Positions 10,999 through 20,413 of a DNA stretch of 64,000 bases are shown here, one piece after another. The DNA comes from an uncultured Prochlorococcus sp. (GTDB taxonomy: Bacteria; Cyanobacteriota; Cyanobacteriia; PCC-6307; Cyanobiaceae). The stretch covers positions 5,893 to 69,892 of the forward strand of contig CACFBG010000004.1 in NCBI GenBank assembly GCA_902564535.1, in the 5' to 3' direction. The translations under genes were made by a program, and so were the position numbers. Below the pieces are notes generated by a model. That model had not been told where the DNA came from and searched no databases. It was given only the letters and a program-made list of their open reading frames with translations. Each line of letters begins with the position of its first letter. Position 1 is the stretch's first letter.

Positions 10999-12375
10999 AT
11001 TTGGAATCTGTTCAGGCCATAAATGACTTTGCTCCACCAACCAATCTAGTCTAGAATTATCCAAAACTTCTCCTGGAATAATCATTGGAATTCCAGGTGG
11101 ATATGGACAAATAAGTTCAGCAGAAACTCTATCTAAGGCTTTTATCAAAGGAACAGAAGTGGTCTTCCCACGCCACGCCAAAGAAGGATTTATAGAAGGT
11201 TGAATTAATAACGGTATTGGAGGCGGAGTAAAAGGCTTAAAAGGTTGTTGGTTAGGGTATGCCTTAAGCAATTGAGTCCAATTCCTTTCGAAAAAATTTT
11301 TATATTTTTTTTGATAAGAAAATCCCAGACAAAAAGTCAAACAACCTGGTTCGGGTAATTCAGCTAAAAGTCCTCTTGAAATAAAAAAATCATCGGCCTC
11401 GAAGCCTGATATACCAAAAGGAGCCGTATGAAGTATCAATCGCAAGGGATCTTGATTATTTATTAAAGGAAGTCCACAAGATTTCAAACTGCAGAAAAGA
11501 TTCTTTGCTTGATTAATTATTCTCAAAAGCTTACTTTTCCCTAAAGGACTTCTCCACTCACGAATTGCTGATTCGCAAGAAGCAAGTAATAAAGAACTAG
11601 TGCTTGAAGTTTGAAAGCAGCCAATGCTTTTTCTAATAGCATTGGGATCAACTCGAGTCCCCTGAGACCACAAGACAGCAGTTTGGCAAAGCCCTACAGA
11701 TGATTTGTGAAGTGAGTGGACAACAAGATCTGCACCTGCTGAGATTGCTGACTCTGGCAAAACATCTTTTAAATCAACTGAGAAATGGGCTCCATGAGCC
11801 TCATCAACCAAAACAGGTACATCAGAATTATGTAGAGTTTTAATTAATGATGAAATATCACATGAATAACCGTGATAAGTGGGATGAACAAGTACAGCTG
11901 CGGAAATAATAATTTGATTATCATTAATTTCTTCTAAGACCTTTCTCAGCCAAACATTATCTAGAGAAATTGCATGTCCTTGATTGGCGTTAAAAGGCAA
12001 ATCAAAAAGAATTGGCTTGAAATCTCCTAACAAACAAGCATTTATAAGACTTCGATGAACATTCCTTGGCATAAGAACTGCTTCTCCTGGTCTGAGCATC
12101 GAAAAAAGAGCAGCTTGCAATAAACCTGTCGCACCATTAACTCCATACCAGCATCGATCAACACCTAATAAATCAGCTGACTCTCTTTGACTATCAGCAA
12201 CACCTCCGCTTTCTTCAAGAGGTGAACCAATATCAGGTAATTCTGGTAAATCCCAAATTCCTGCGCGACTTCGCAAAAGTTTTTTAAAGGAGTTTGGCAA
12301 AGCCAAACCCCTTCCATGTGCAGGCAAAAAGAAACTTTTGCCTCGATAATGTGTCAACAAAGAAGATAGATCCAC
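10978..12375 (-). CDS. PLP-dependent Orn/Lys/Arg decarboxylase family protein
   Basis: Major-domain pattern with DEAHGAHF and the PLP lysine context HSLHKS. Confidence 0.75.
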   Translation of the reverse strand: MDLSSLLTHYRGKSFFLPAHGRGLALPNSFKKLLRSRAGIWDLPELPDIGSPLEESGGVADSQRESADLLGVDRCWYGVNGATGLLQAALFSMLRPGEAVLMPRNVHRSLINACLLGDFKPILFDLPFNANQGHAISLDNVWLRKVLEEINDNQIIISAAVLVHPTYHGYSCDISSLIKTLHNSDVPVLVDEAHGAHFSVDLKDVLPESAISAGADLVVHSLHKSSVGLCQTAVLWSQGTRVDPNAIRKSIGCFQTSSTSSLLLASCESAIREWRSPLGKSKLLRIINQAKNLFCSLKSCGLPLINNQDPLRLILHTAPFGISGFEADDFFISRGLLAELPEPGCLTFCLGFSYQKKYKNFFERNWTQLLKAYPNQQPFKPFTPPPIPLLIQPSINPSLAWRGKTTSVPLIKALDRVSAELICPYPPGIPMIIPGEVLDNSRLDWLVEQSHLWPEQIPNTLLVVT

Positions 12376-12427
12376 AATTAATATCTATCGGTTTCTAAAG
12401 TCTGGGTACGACACCCACCTCGTTCTG

Positions 12428-14125
12428 TTGAACGTCTCAAGCGCAACATCTAATAAAGCCCCAAGTGTTCCTCTCCCAATAGGGTATGACGCAAAAAGGG
12501 ATTTCTTATGGCTTTTCACAAGGCCATGGATATGGATACCTAGATTACTTCAAATAATAATTTCTTTATTGTCGATTAGCGTAAGGTTATTGCTTGAGGG
12601 ATCTAGTGAGAGTGAGGAGGTACATAAAGATCTAGCGAAAACACTTTTAGCAACTCTTACAAATTTAGGACCATGCTTTATAAAAGTGGGGCAGGCTTTA
12701 TCAACAAGACCTGATCTAATAAGAAAAGATTGGCTAGAAGAATTAACGAATCTGCAAGATAATCTTCCTCCTTGTAATCATGCAAAAGCATTAGAAATCA
12801 TAAAAGAAGAACTTGGAAAACCTGCGCAAGAATTATTTACTTATTTTCCAGATCAACCAATTGCTTCCGCAAGTCTAGGGCAAGTTTATAAAGCAAAATT
12901 AGAAGAAAACTATTGGGTTGCCGTGAAAGTTCAGAGGCCAAATTTAGACTTTATAATTAGAAGAGATTTGGTGATTTTAAGATTTTTATGCTTACTTTCA
13001 GGACCATTTTTACCACTTAACTTGGGGGTAGGCTTGGATGAAATTATAGATGAATTTGGGAGTAAATTATTTGAAGAAATTGATTATGAAATAGAAGCTA
13101 AAAATGCAGAAAAATTCTCACAATTATTCAACAAAAATCCATCTATAACGATTCCTAAAGTAGAAAGACTATTTTCCTCTAGAAAAGTCATAACAACAAG
13201 CTGGATTCATGGGACAAAGTTAAAAAGCAGGGAAGAACTAATAAACAATAGCCTTAATCCATCTGCCATAATAAAAACAGGTGTAACTAGTGCTATACAG
13301 CAATTATTAGAGTTTGGTTACTTTCATGCTGATCCGCACCCAGGTAATATGTTCGCATTGGAAGATGAGAAGGGGCGGACTGGTAATTTAGCTTATGTAG
13401 ATTTTGGGATGATGGATGAGATCTCAGAAGAAGATAGATTAACACTTACAGGGGCAATTGTTCACTTAATAAATAAAAACTTTAAAGCTCTTGCAATAGA
13501 CTTTCAAACATTAGGATTCCTTAGTAAAAGTAAAGATCCTACACCAATAGCTCCTGTTTTAGAAGAAGTATTAGGAGGTAGCCTTGGAGAAGAAGTAATA
13601 AACTTTAATTTCAAATCAATTACAGACAAGTTTTCTGAATTGATGTTTGATTATCCATTCAGAGTGCCTCCAAGATTTGCATTAATTATCAGAGCAGTAG
13701 TTAGTCAAGAAGGACTTGCACTGAAACTAGACCCAGACTTCAAAATTATAGGAATTGCCTATCCATATGTAGCAAAAAGATTAATAACTGGAGAAACTGA
13801 AGAACTAATAGAAATCCTTTTGGACGTCATATTTGATGAAAATACAAATTTACAATTAGACAAGATAGAAAGTTTATTGTCTGTAATAAGTAATGAGATT
13901 AAAGATAACAAAGCAGATATCATTCCTCTTGTCAAAGCTGGTTTAAATCTTCTCACCAGCAATACTGGCGAGACTCTAAGAAAAAATTTATTGCTATCAG
14001 TCATAAAAGATGATCGTATTAGCACTGGAGATATAAAAAAATTAATCAGACTAATTAGAAAAACATTTAGTCTAAATGAGATTGCTTATGGATTGGCAAG
14101 AAGTCTAAATCCACTAACCGCATAA
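12428..14125 (+). CDS. ABC1/UbiB-family atypical protein kinase
   Basis: KVGQALSTRPDL, ASLGQVYKA, VKVQRP and HADPHPGN motifs. TTG start is uncertain. Confidence 0.85.
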   Translation: MNVSSATSNKAPSVPLPIGYDAKRDFLWLFTRPWIWIPRLLQIIISLLSISVRLLLEGSSESEEVHKDLAKTLLATLTNLGPCFIKVGQALSTRPDLIRKDWLEELTNLQDNLPPCNHAKALEIIKEELGKPAQELFTYFPDQPIASASLGQVYKAKLEENYWVAVKVQRPNLDFIIRRDLVILRFLCLLSGPFLPLNLGVGLDEIIDEFGSKLFEEIDYEIEAKNAEKFSQLFNKNPSITIPKVERLFSSRKVITTSWIHGTKLKSREELINNSLNPSAIIKTGVTSAIQQLLEFGYFHADPHPGNMFALEDEKGRTGNLAYVDFGMMDEISEEDRLTLTGAIVHLINKNFKALAIDFQTLGFLSKSKDPTPIAPVLEEVLGGSLGEEVINFNFKSITDKFSELMFDYPFRVPPRFALIIRAVVSQEGLALKLDPDFKIIGIAYPYVAKRLITGETEELIEILLDVIFDENTNLQLDKIESLLSVISNEIKDNKADIIPLVKAGLNLLTSNTGETLRKNLLLSVIKDDRISTGDIKKLIRLIRKTFSLNEIAYGLARSLNPLTA

Positions 14126-14216
14126 AATTTTAAATAAATATGCTTTTGCAATATTTAACATTCCACTGCAAAATCAACTACTAATCTATGCTTTAATCAT
14201 ATAAAGAACTTCACTA

Positions 14217-14618
14217 ATGGAAGACATAATTTTTGAGGATATAATAAAAAGCTATCCTGAATATTCTGCGATAAAAGATCCTTTTGTAATGATTGGGATA
14301 GGGGTACTAATAACACTAGTTTGTGGGGTATGGTTTGCACGTTTGATGCAAATAAAAATCTTAAGATGGGAGAAGGAAACCATATCCCCACTTCCATTAA
14401 AAAGTAATTACACAATAATTAGTTGGTCTGGTTCATTTACAGGTCTGACATTATTCTTTTGTGGGATGCTACAAATATTTGACTTTAATCCAATCAAGTC
14501 ATTGGTTGCATCATTAGTTATATCAATAATTTCTGGGACAACTATGTGGAGAGTAATCAAAGACCTAATGGATCAGTTGAATTCAGGAGAGATAAAAGAA
14601 ATTGATGAATATTTCTAA
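14217..14618 (+). CDS. Hypothetical small membrane protein
   Basis: ORF with about three hydrophobic segments. No recognisable motif. Confidence 0.4.
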   Translation: MEDIIFEDIIKSYPEYSAIKDPFVMIGIGVLITLVCGVWFARLMQIKILRWEKETISPLPLKSNYTIISWSGSFTGLTLFFCGMLQIFDFNPIKSLVASLVISIISGTTMWRVIKDLMDQLNSGEIKEIDEYF

Positions 14619-14659
14619 TTAAAGAAAGCATTCAAGGAAACGAATACTAAAAAGCTTTA

Positions 14660-15373
14660 ATGACAAAGCAAAGACTTCAACGAATCATTTCAGAAGCCGG
14701 CATATGTTCACGGCGTAAAGCCGAAGTACTTATAACTGAAAAACGATTAAAGGTAAATGGGAAAATAGCAAGTTTAGGCGAAATAGCAGATTTAGATGTA
14801 GATATTATTTTGCTTGATAACAAACAAATCTTGAGAAAAATAGAAAAGAAAGTCATTCTAATAAACAAGCCAATTGGGTACATAAGTTCATGTAGTGATC
14901 CTCATGGGAGGCTAACATTATTAGACTTATTACCTTCTTCCATCAAGCAAGGTTTATATCCAGTTGGCAGATTAGATCTTAATAGCAGAGGGGCAATTCT
15001 CGCTACTAATCATGGAGAACTATCCTTAAAGTTAACGCACCCAAAGTATGCTCATAAAAAAACATACCAAGTATTAGTTAAAGGTTCGCCCTCCTTAGAG
15101 GCATTATCAATTTGGAAAAATGGAATAGATCTAGATGGAATTAAAACAATGAAAGCAAGTATAAGTGTATTAAAATCTGATAGTAATGAAACATTACTTG
15201 AGATCATAATGTCTGAAGGGAAGAAAAGACAAATAAGACGGATTGCTAATATAATTGGCAATCCTGTACTCGATCTTAAGAGAACTGCTATTGGTTCTAT
15301 CAAAATTGGGCAACTGAAGGAAGGTAATTGGCGTATTCTTCAAGAAAAAGAATGGAAACACTTTCTAAGATGA
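14660..15373 (+). CDS. Pseudouridine synthase, RsuA/RluB family, with an N-terminal S4 domain
   Basis: S4 motif RLQRIISEAGICSRRKAE; catalytic-Asp context PVGRLDLNSRG; KKRQIRR. Confidence 0.85.
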   Translation: MTKQRLQRIISEAGICSRRKAEVLITEKRLKVNGKIASLGEIADLDVDIILLDNKQILRKIEKKVILINKPIGYISSCSDPHGRLTLLDLLPSSIKQGLYPVGRLDLNSRGAILATNHGELSLKLTHPKYAHKKTYQVLVKGSPSLEALSIWKNGIDLDGIKTMKASISVLKSDSNETLLEIIMSEGKKRQIRRIANIIGNPVLDLKRTAIGSIKIGQLKEGNWRILQEKEWKHFLR

Positions 15374-15388
15374 TCAGAATTTAAAAAA

Positions 15389-16183
15389 ATGAAGTTAAAT
15401 TTCCTATTTAGAAAATATTTTTCAGAAATAATAAATGATGAGGATTCAAATATTATAGATGAATATACTTTGATTGATGCTGGAATGATAGTAAAAAATA
15501 GAAGGAAAGAATTAGGTATTGATCGATTCAACTTGTCTAGTAAAACTCTTATATCTCCATATATTTTAGAAGCCATTGAGAATGGTTGGATCAATAAATT
15601 ACCAGAAAAAGCATATCTAAGTTCAATGTTAGATATCTTGGAAAAAGAACTAGATCTTCCCAAAAATTCATTACTAAAATTTTTAAAAAAAGATGAGCTA
15701 AATAAAAGAAAAAAAAGAAATGATTTAATAGCAAATTTAGATATATTTTACACTTGGAAAGGGAACTTAATATATATACTAATCATGGCAATAAGTTTAT
15801 TTTCACTCAATTACCTAAATAGAAAATCTCTTATAATAGAAGGGATATCAATGTTAAATTCAAATAAAAATAATTTATCCATAGAAAAAGCAAAAGGTCC
15901 GGAATCATCTACAAGTGGTTTTTTTGATTTTGTAAATATCTTGCAAAAGAAAAAACCAAAATGGATTGAAATGAAGATTAAAAATCCAGTTAATCTATCA
16001 ATTCAAGATAATAAGAACCAACAAATAGAGGTCAAAGATATTAAAGGCAATATCAGATTCAAAATAACCGCACCAATAGTCATTAGGACAACTCCTGCTT
16101 TGGCAGTAGAAGATTTAATAAAATGGGGTGGCCAAAATTATATTCCAAAGAAAAATAATAATGGAGTTTATAGATTTGAATAA
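15389..16183 (+). CDS. RodZ-like protein (HTH domain, TM segment, DUF4115-like C-terminus)
   Basis: HTH-like segment GMIVKNRRKELGIDRFNLSSKT...ILEAIENG, a central hydrophobic segment and a beta-rich C-terminus. Weak call. Confidence 0.45.
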   Translation: MKLNFLFRKYFSEIINDEDSNIIDEYTLIDAGMIVKNRRKELGIDRFNLSSKTLISPYILEAIENGWINKLPEKAYLSSMLDILEKELDLPKNSLLKFLKKDELNKRKKRNDLIANLDIFYTWKGNLIYILIMAISLFSLNYLNRKSLIIEGISMLNSNKNNLSIEKAKGPESSTSGFFDFVNILQKKKPKWIEMKIKNPVNLSIQDNKNQQIEVKDIKGNIRFKITAPIVIRTTPALAVEDLIKWGGQNYIPKKNNNGVYRFE

Positions 16184-16208
16184 TTTCTCAAAAAATTTTA
16201 TTAACTTT

Positions 16209-17723
16209 TTATCTATTCCAGTGTAGAGATCTTTGTCCAAACTTTTTCAATGAACTAATTAGGAAAGAGTCAAAATCATTGACTCTCCATATCCAATTAT
16301 TTCCTACAGTGCCTGGCTGATTAAATCTCGAAGCATCATCTAATTTTAAAATATCTTGAATTGGTGCGATGAATAGTCTAGCAGAAGTTGACATTCCTAT
16401 ATCAATAAATCTCCATGAAGGGGAATCATATTGATGGTGATAATTATCATTAATATCTTCTTTAGATTCTTTTTTAAGATCATTCCACCAACTCAAGGTC
16501 GTAGGATTATCGTGTGTACCTGTATAAACAACCCAGCTATCTCCAATAATATTTTTAGGCAAATGAGTATTATCCGGGTCACCATCAAAAGCAAATTGAA
16601 GAACTTTCATACCAGATAAATTAAATTGATCTCTTAATCTCTCAACCTCATCAGTAATAAGCCCTAAGTCTTCTGCAATCAATGGAAGATGTCCTTCATA
16701 GTCTTTTTGGATTAGTTTCAATAACTCTTCTCCTGGGGATTCAATCCATTCTCCTTCTTGAGCAGTAATGTTGTCGCCTGGAACAGCCCAATAAGCTACT
16801 AAAGCACGAAAATGATCTAGTCTCAAAAGATCTACTTGATTCCACTGCTGACCAAATCGACTTCTCCACCAAGAAAAGTTATCACTAAAATGATTTTCCC
16901 AAAAATAGACTGGAGTTCCCCATAATTGTCCTGTAGATGAAAAATAGTCAGGAGGAACTCCACTTTGAAAATCTAAATCTCCATGTGAATCAATTGAAAA
17001 TAACTTCCTATTTCCCCAAACATCTGAACTATCTCTAGAAACATAAAAAGGCATATCTCCGAAAAGCAATATGCCAAGATCTTTCGCTAATGATCTAATT
17101 AACTGCCATTGTCTATCTAAATGCCATTGCAATAAACAATGTTCCAGAAAATCATTTTCATGAGAAATCTTTAATTCACTCAAGAAATTATCATCATGTT
17201 TTGAATAGGGTTCTGGCCATTTCCACCAAGGTAAATTTTCAAATTTTTTTCTAAGTACAACAAAAGCAACATAATCCTCTAACCATTCTTGTCTTTTTCT
17301 CCATTCTTCGAATTCAAGATGTCTTTCTAAAGATTGATAGTGCCATGAATTCCTTAATGCAAGGCCTAAGTGATCACTTCGTTCATTCGCCAAGGCGAGA
17401 TCTAATCTCGCGCTTTTTAATTCCTTAGCCCCAGGGAGGATTTCTAAATCATTTTTTGAAAGGAATCCTTCTTCTACAAGATCTTGAGCATCTACAAACC
17501 AGGGATTAAGAGCAAAACATGACGGGGAACTATATGGAGAGCCTGTTGTATCGGGAGGACAAAGAGGTAAGAATTGCCAAACACCAATTCCATTACAAGC
17601 AAGCAATTGTAACCATTTTCTTGATGGAGATCCAAAACTTCCACATACAGGACTATTAGGTAAAGCTGTAGGATGAAGGAGGACTCCAGATGTTCTTGAA
17701 GGGGGAGAACCAGTCCTATCCAT
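16209..17723 (-). CDS. malQ: 4-alpha-glucanotransferase (amylomaltase, GH77)
   Basis: GVLLHPT..P, LRLDHFR, GDMPFYV, IAEDLG and YTGTHDN motifs. Confidence 0.9.
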   Translation of the reverse strand: MDRTGSPPSRTSGVLLHPTALPNSPVCGSFGSPSRKWLQLLACNGIGVWQFLPLCPPDTTGSPYSSPSCFALNPWFVDAQDLVEEGFLSKNDLEILPGAKELKSARLDLALANERSDHLGLALRNSWHYQSLERHLEFEEWRKRQEWLEDYVAFVVLRKKFENLPWWKWPEPYSKHDDNFLSELKISHENDFLEHCLLQWHLDRQWQLIRSLAKDLGILLFGDMPFYVSRDSSDVWGNRKLFSIDSHGDLDFQSGVPPDYFSSTGQLWGTPVYFWENHFSDNFSWWRSRFGQQWNQVDLLRLDHFRALVAYWAVPGDNITAQEGEWIESPGEELLKLIQKDYEGHLPLIAEDLGLITDEVERLRDQFNLSGMKVLQFAFDGDPDNTHLPKNIIGDSWVVYTGTHDNPTTLSWWNDLKKESKEDINDNYHHQYDSPSWRFIDIGMSTSARLFIAPIQDILKLDDASRFNQPGTVGNNWIWRVNDFDSFLISSLKKFGQRSLHWNR

Positions 17724-17910
17724 CTATGAAAACAATAAAAGAAACAGTAAAATAAAAGGAATCTAATATCACTTAAGTTTCAAACCTAAATTCAACAAAA
17801 TAGTTATATCAAAAAATGAGACAGATATTAGACATTTGGTCTTGATTTGCAAGCATAAAAATATCATGAAAATCAGAATATGATTAACACAAGTCAATTT
17901 AGAGGGCTCT

Positions 17911-18762
17911 ATGAAAAAAGAAAACATATCAAAAGATAAAGTCCACAAGTTACTAAGGAATCGCTCCAGTAGGAGCTTGCATCGAATAGGAACCTTATTA
18001 GGAGGGTTTTGGCTAGTCACTAATCTTCTTAGATTTATATGGCCCGAGCCTGATCAAATATCAACTAAATCACCACTAAATAAACAAATCGAGAAAATAA
18101 AGCAACCAAATCAATCAATAAGCCTATTATTATTAGAAATAAATCAGAATAATGCTACATCGAGTTTAAATTTTAAATCAGAAAAAAAATATAAATTAAA
18201 AGGGATTAATATGATGATCCTAAATAAAAAGTTATACCCTGAGATTTTCACTATATCTCCGCTTTTATCTGTAAATATTCCAGGAGAATCAAATCTAGAG
18301 ACATTAGAATATGCCTTTCAAATAGGAGGTATAGCTTTGGTTAATGATATTATTTCAAATATTTTAAATCTTCCTAAGAGTCTTCCTCAAAGGTATATAG
18401 TAGGACAACAAGAATACATTAAAGAGCTTAAAACTAAAATAAATCTATCTAACTCTAAGAAGTTATTAAAGGGTTTTAATATTTCAAAAACTACAATAAT
18501 CCCAGCCAAATTATATAGGTTATCTAAGCAGCCGAAATATTATCTAATCAGTCAAGCGGGTACTCAAAAAGGGGGAAATTTAAATACTAATTATTACAAT
18601 TACAACCATGATGAGTCCCTTAATATTAAGTCTTTAACTAAAAAAACTATTCAAAAAGTTAACACAAATCTATCCTATAAAGAATTTTTAAGCATAAATG
18701 CATTTATCATAAAAAGAAGTGGCCATAGTTTATATAAAAGCCTAATTCTGAAAACAGATTAA
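17911..18762 (+). CDS. Hypothetical N/K-rich protein with an N-terminal hydrophobic segment
   Basis: ORF only. Low-complexity composition and no motif recognised. Confidence 0.35.
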   Translation: MKKENISKDKVHKLLRNRSSRSLHRIGTLLGGFWLVTNLLRFIWPEPDQISTKSPLNKQIEKIKQPNQSISLLLLEINQNNATSSLNFKSEKKYKLKGINMMILNKKLYPEIFTISPLLSVNIPGESNLETLEYAFQIGGIALVNDIISNILNLPKSLPQRYIVGQQEYIKELKTKINLSNSKKLLKGFNISKTTIIPAKLYRLSKQPKYYLISQAGTQKGGNLNTNYYNYNHDESLNIKSLTKKTIQKVNTNLSYKEFLSINAFIIKRSGHSLYKSLILKTD

Positions 18763-18785
18763 AGTAAGTTATTTCAAAATAGATA

Positions 18786-19322
18786 TTAAGTTATTACTTC
18801 TGAAAAAATCTTTAATCTTTTACTCAACCTCATTACAATAGACTCAACTAATTGCAATTCATAATCATTCATTTCTAACCCAAACTCTTTTTCATTCTTT
18901 TCAGGGATCCAGCCATACCAAGGCAACCCATCCAGTCTTCTTAGCTCTGGCTCCCATGACCCTCCATATTGAACCAACCCCAACACAGGCACAGATAATT
19001 GCTTGCAAAGAGCCAAATAAGCCTGAGCGCTTCCTGACACCCCACCAGAAGAACAATTAGAAATTAAAATTGTTGGATGTTTCCAAGAACCCAAAGCCTC
19101 TAGCCAATTGCAACCATCTAAAAGAGTCTTCGCTGGATCTCCAAGCAATTGAACTAATCCTTTGGAGGGAGGAAGATTTCCTAAAACATTAATTGGACTT
19201 TGTTGCGCAGAGTATTGAACTAAAACACCGCCCCATGCATCAAATAAAGCCTTACAACAAGCCTTTATTTGATGATCTGGCAAATCTCCCGCCCCTACAC
19301 AAACAGGCATATGACAAATCAT
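18786..19322 (-). CDS. Hypothetical protein
   Basis: ORF with non-low-complexity composition. No motif recognised. Confidence 0.4.
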   Translation of the reverse strand: MICHMPVCVGAGDLPDHQIKACCKALFDAWGGVLVQYSAQQSPINVLGNLPPSKGLVQLLGDPAKTLLDGCNWLEALGSWKHPTILISNCSSGGVSGSAQAYLALCKQLSVPVLGLVQYGGSWEPELRRLDGLPWYGWIPEKNEKEFGLEMNDYELQLVESIVMRLSKRLKIFSEVIT

Positions 19323-19409
19323 AGTCCGACCTTAGCTTGATAAAGAAAATTGGTGAATGGCACCTTCGGCATTAGCATCGGTATACAGCAGTTATTGCTT
19401 GCGAGCATC

Positions 19410-20405
19410 GTGACAACATTCCAGACTCTTGCACGCAATGAACAAATGGAGATATCCCACGATACTCAAAGACTACGCATATTTAGTGGAACATCTAATC
19501 CAGGTCTTGCAAAAGAAATTGCCTCATACCTAGGCATTAAAGATGGTCCCCTAGTTTGCAAACGATTTGCTGATGGAGAACTTTACGTACAAATACAACA
19601 ATCAATTAGAGGTTGTGATGTATTTCTAATTCAACCAACATGTGCCCCAGTAAATGATAATTTAATGGAGCTGATGATAATGGTTGATGCTTGTAAGCGT
19701 GCATCAGCGAGACAAATAACAGCCGTTATTCCTTATTATGGTTATGCAAGAGCGGATAGAAAAACTGCAGGCAGAGAATCTATTACAGCAAAACTTACGG
19801 CAAATCTTCTTGTGAAGTCAGGAGTAGATAGGGTACTTGCAATGGATTTACATTCTGCACAAATTCAAGGTTATTTTGATATACCATGTGATCATATATA
19901 TGGTTCACCAGTTCTTATAGATTATCTTTCCAAAAAAGATCTTGGTGAGATGGTTGTTGTATCACCAGATGTAGGTGGAGTTGCAAGAGCAAGAGCATTT
20001 GCAAAAAAAATGCAAGATGCTCCATTAGCAATTATCGATAAAAGAAGATCAGCACATAATGTCTCAAAAAGTCTTACAGTAATTGGAGATGTAAAAGGGA
20101 AAACAGCCATACTTATTGATGACATGATTGATACTGGAGGAACTATATGTGCAGGGGCTAAATTACTAAGGAATGAAGGAGCCAAAAGAGTAATAGCATG
20201 TGCTTCTCATGCTGTATTCTCTCCTCCTGCAGTAGAAAGATTATCTATCAATGGACTTTTTGAGCAAGTTATAGTTACTAATAGTATTCCACTAAAAAAT
20301 GAGCAAATCTTTCCTCAACTTGAGATATTATCAGTAGCAAATATGTTAGGCGAGACTATTTGGAGAATACACGAGGAAAGCTCAGTAAGCTCTATGTTTC
20401 GATAA
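19410..20405 (+). CDS. prs: Ribose-phosphate pyrophosphokinase
   Basis: RLRIFSGTSNP, VIPYYGYARADRK, DLHS.QIQGYF and DDMIDTGGT motifs. I prefer the in-frame GTG at 19410 over the ORF-track start at 19350, which adds an implausible leader. An ATG at 19446 is also possible. Confidence 0.9.
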   Translation: MTTFQTLARNEQMEISHDTQRLRIFSGTSNPGLAKEIASYLGIKDGPLVCKRFADGELYVQIQQSIRGCDVFLIQPTCAPVNDNLMELMIMVDACKRASARQITAVIPYYGYARADRKTAGRESITAKLTANLLVKSGVDRVLAMDLHSAQIQGYFDIPCDHIYGSPVLIDYLSKKDLGEMVVVSPDVGGVARARAFAKKMQDAPLAIIDKRRSAHNVSKSLTVIGDVKGKTAILIDDMIDTGGTICAGAKLLRNEGAKRVIACASHAVFSPPAVERLSINGLFEQVIVTNSIPLKNEQIFPQLEILSVANMLGETIWRIHEESSVSSMFR

Positions 20406-20413
20406 CATATGAT

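Noticed and set aside
15340-15663. 107-aa minus-strand ORF across the pseudouridine synthase / RodZ-like gene junction
   Set aside because: It overlaps two better-supported plus-strand genes and has an Ile/Ser/Phe-rich composition typical of an AT-rich antisense frame.
17769-18020. 83-aa minus-strand ORF in the malQ / hypothetical gene spacer
   Set aside because: It overlaps the start of the 17911 ORF, has a hydrophobic low-complexity composition, and shows no ribosome-binding site or motif.
19350-19409. 5' extensions of prs (19350), the guaB-like gene (46809), gyrA (46036) and the CAAD protein (46160) in the ORF track
   Set aside because: These are maximal ORFs that begin at upstream TTG/GTG codons. 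Downstream in-frame starts give N-termini that match the conserved beginnings of these families. The exact starts still need experimental or comparative confirmation.
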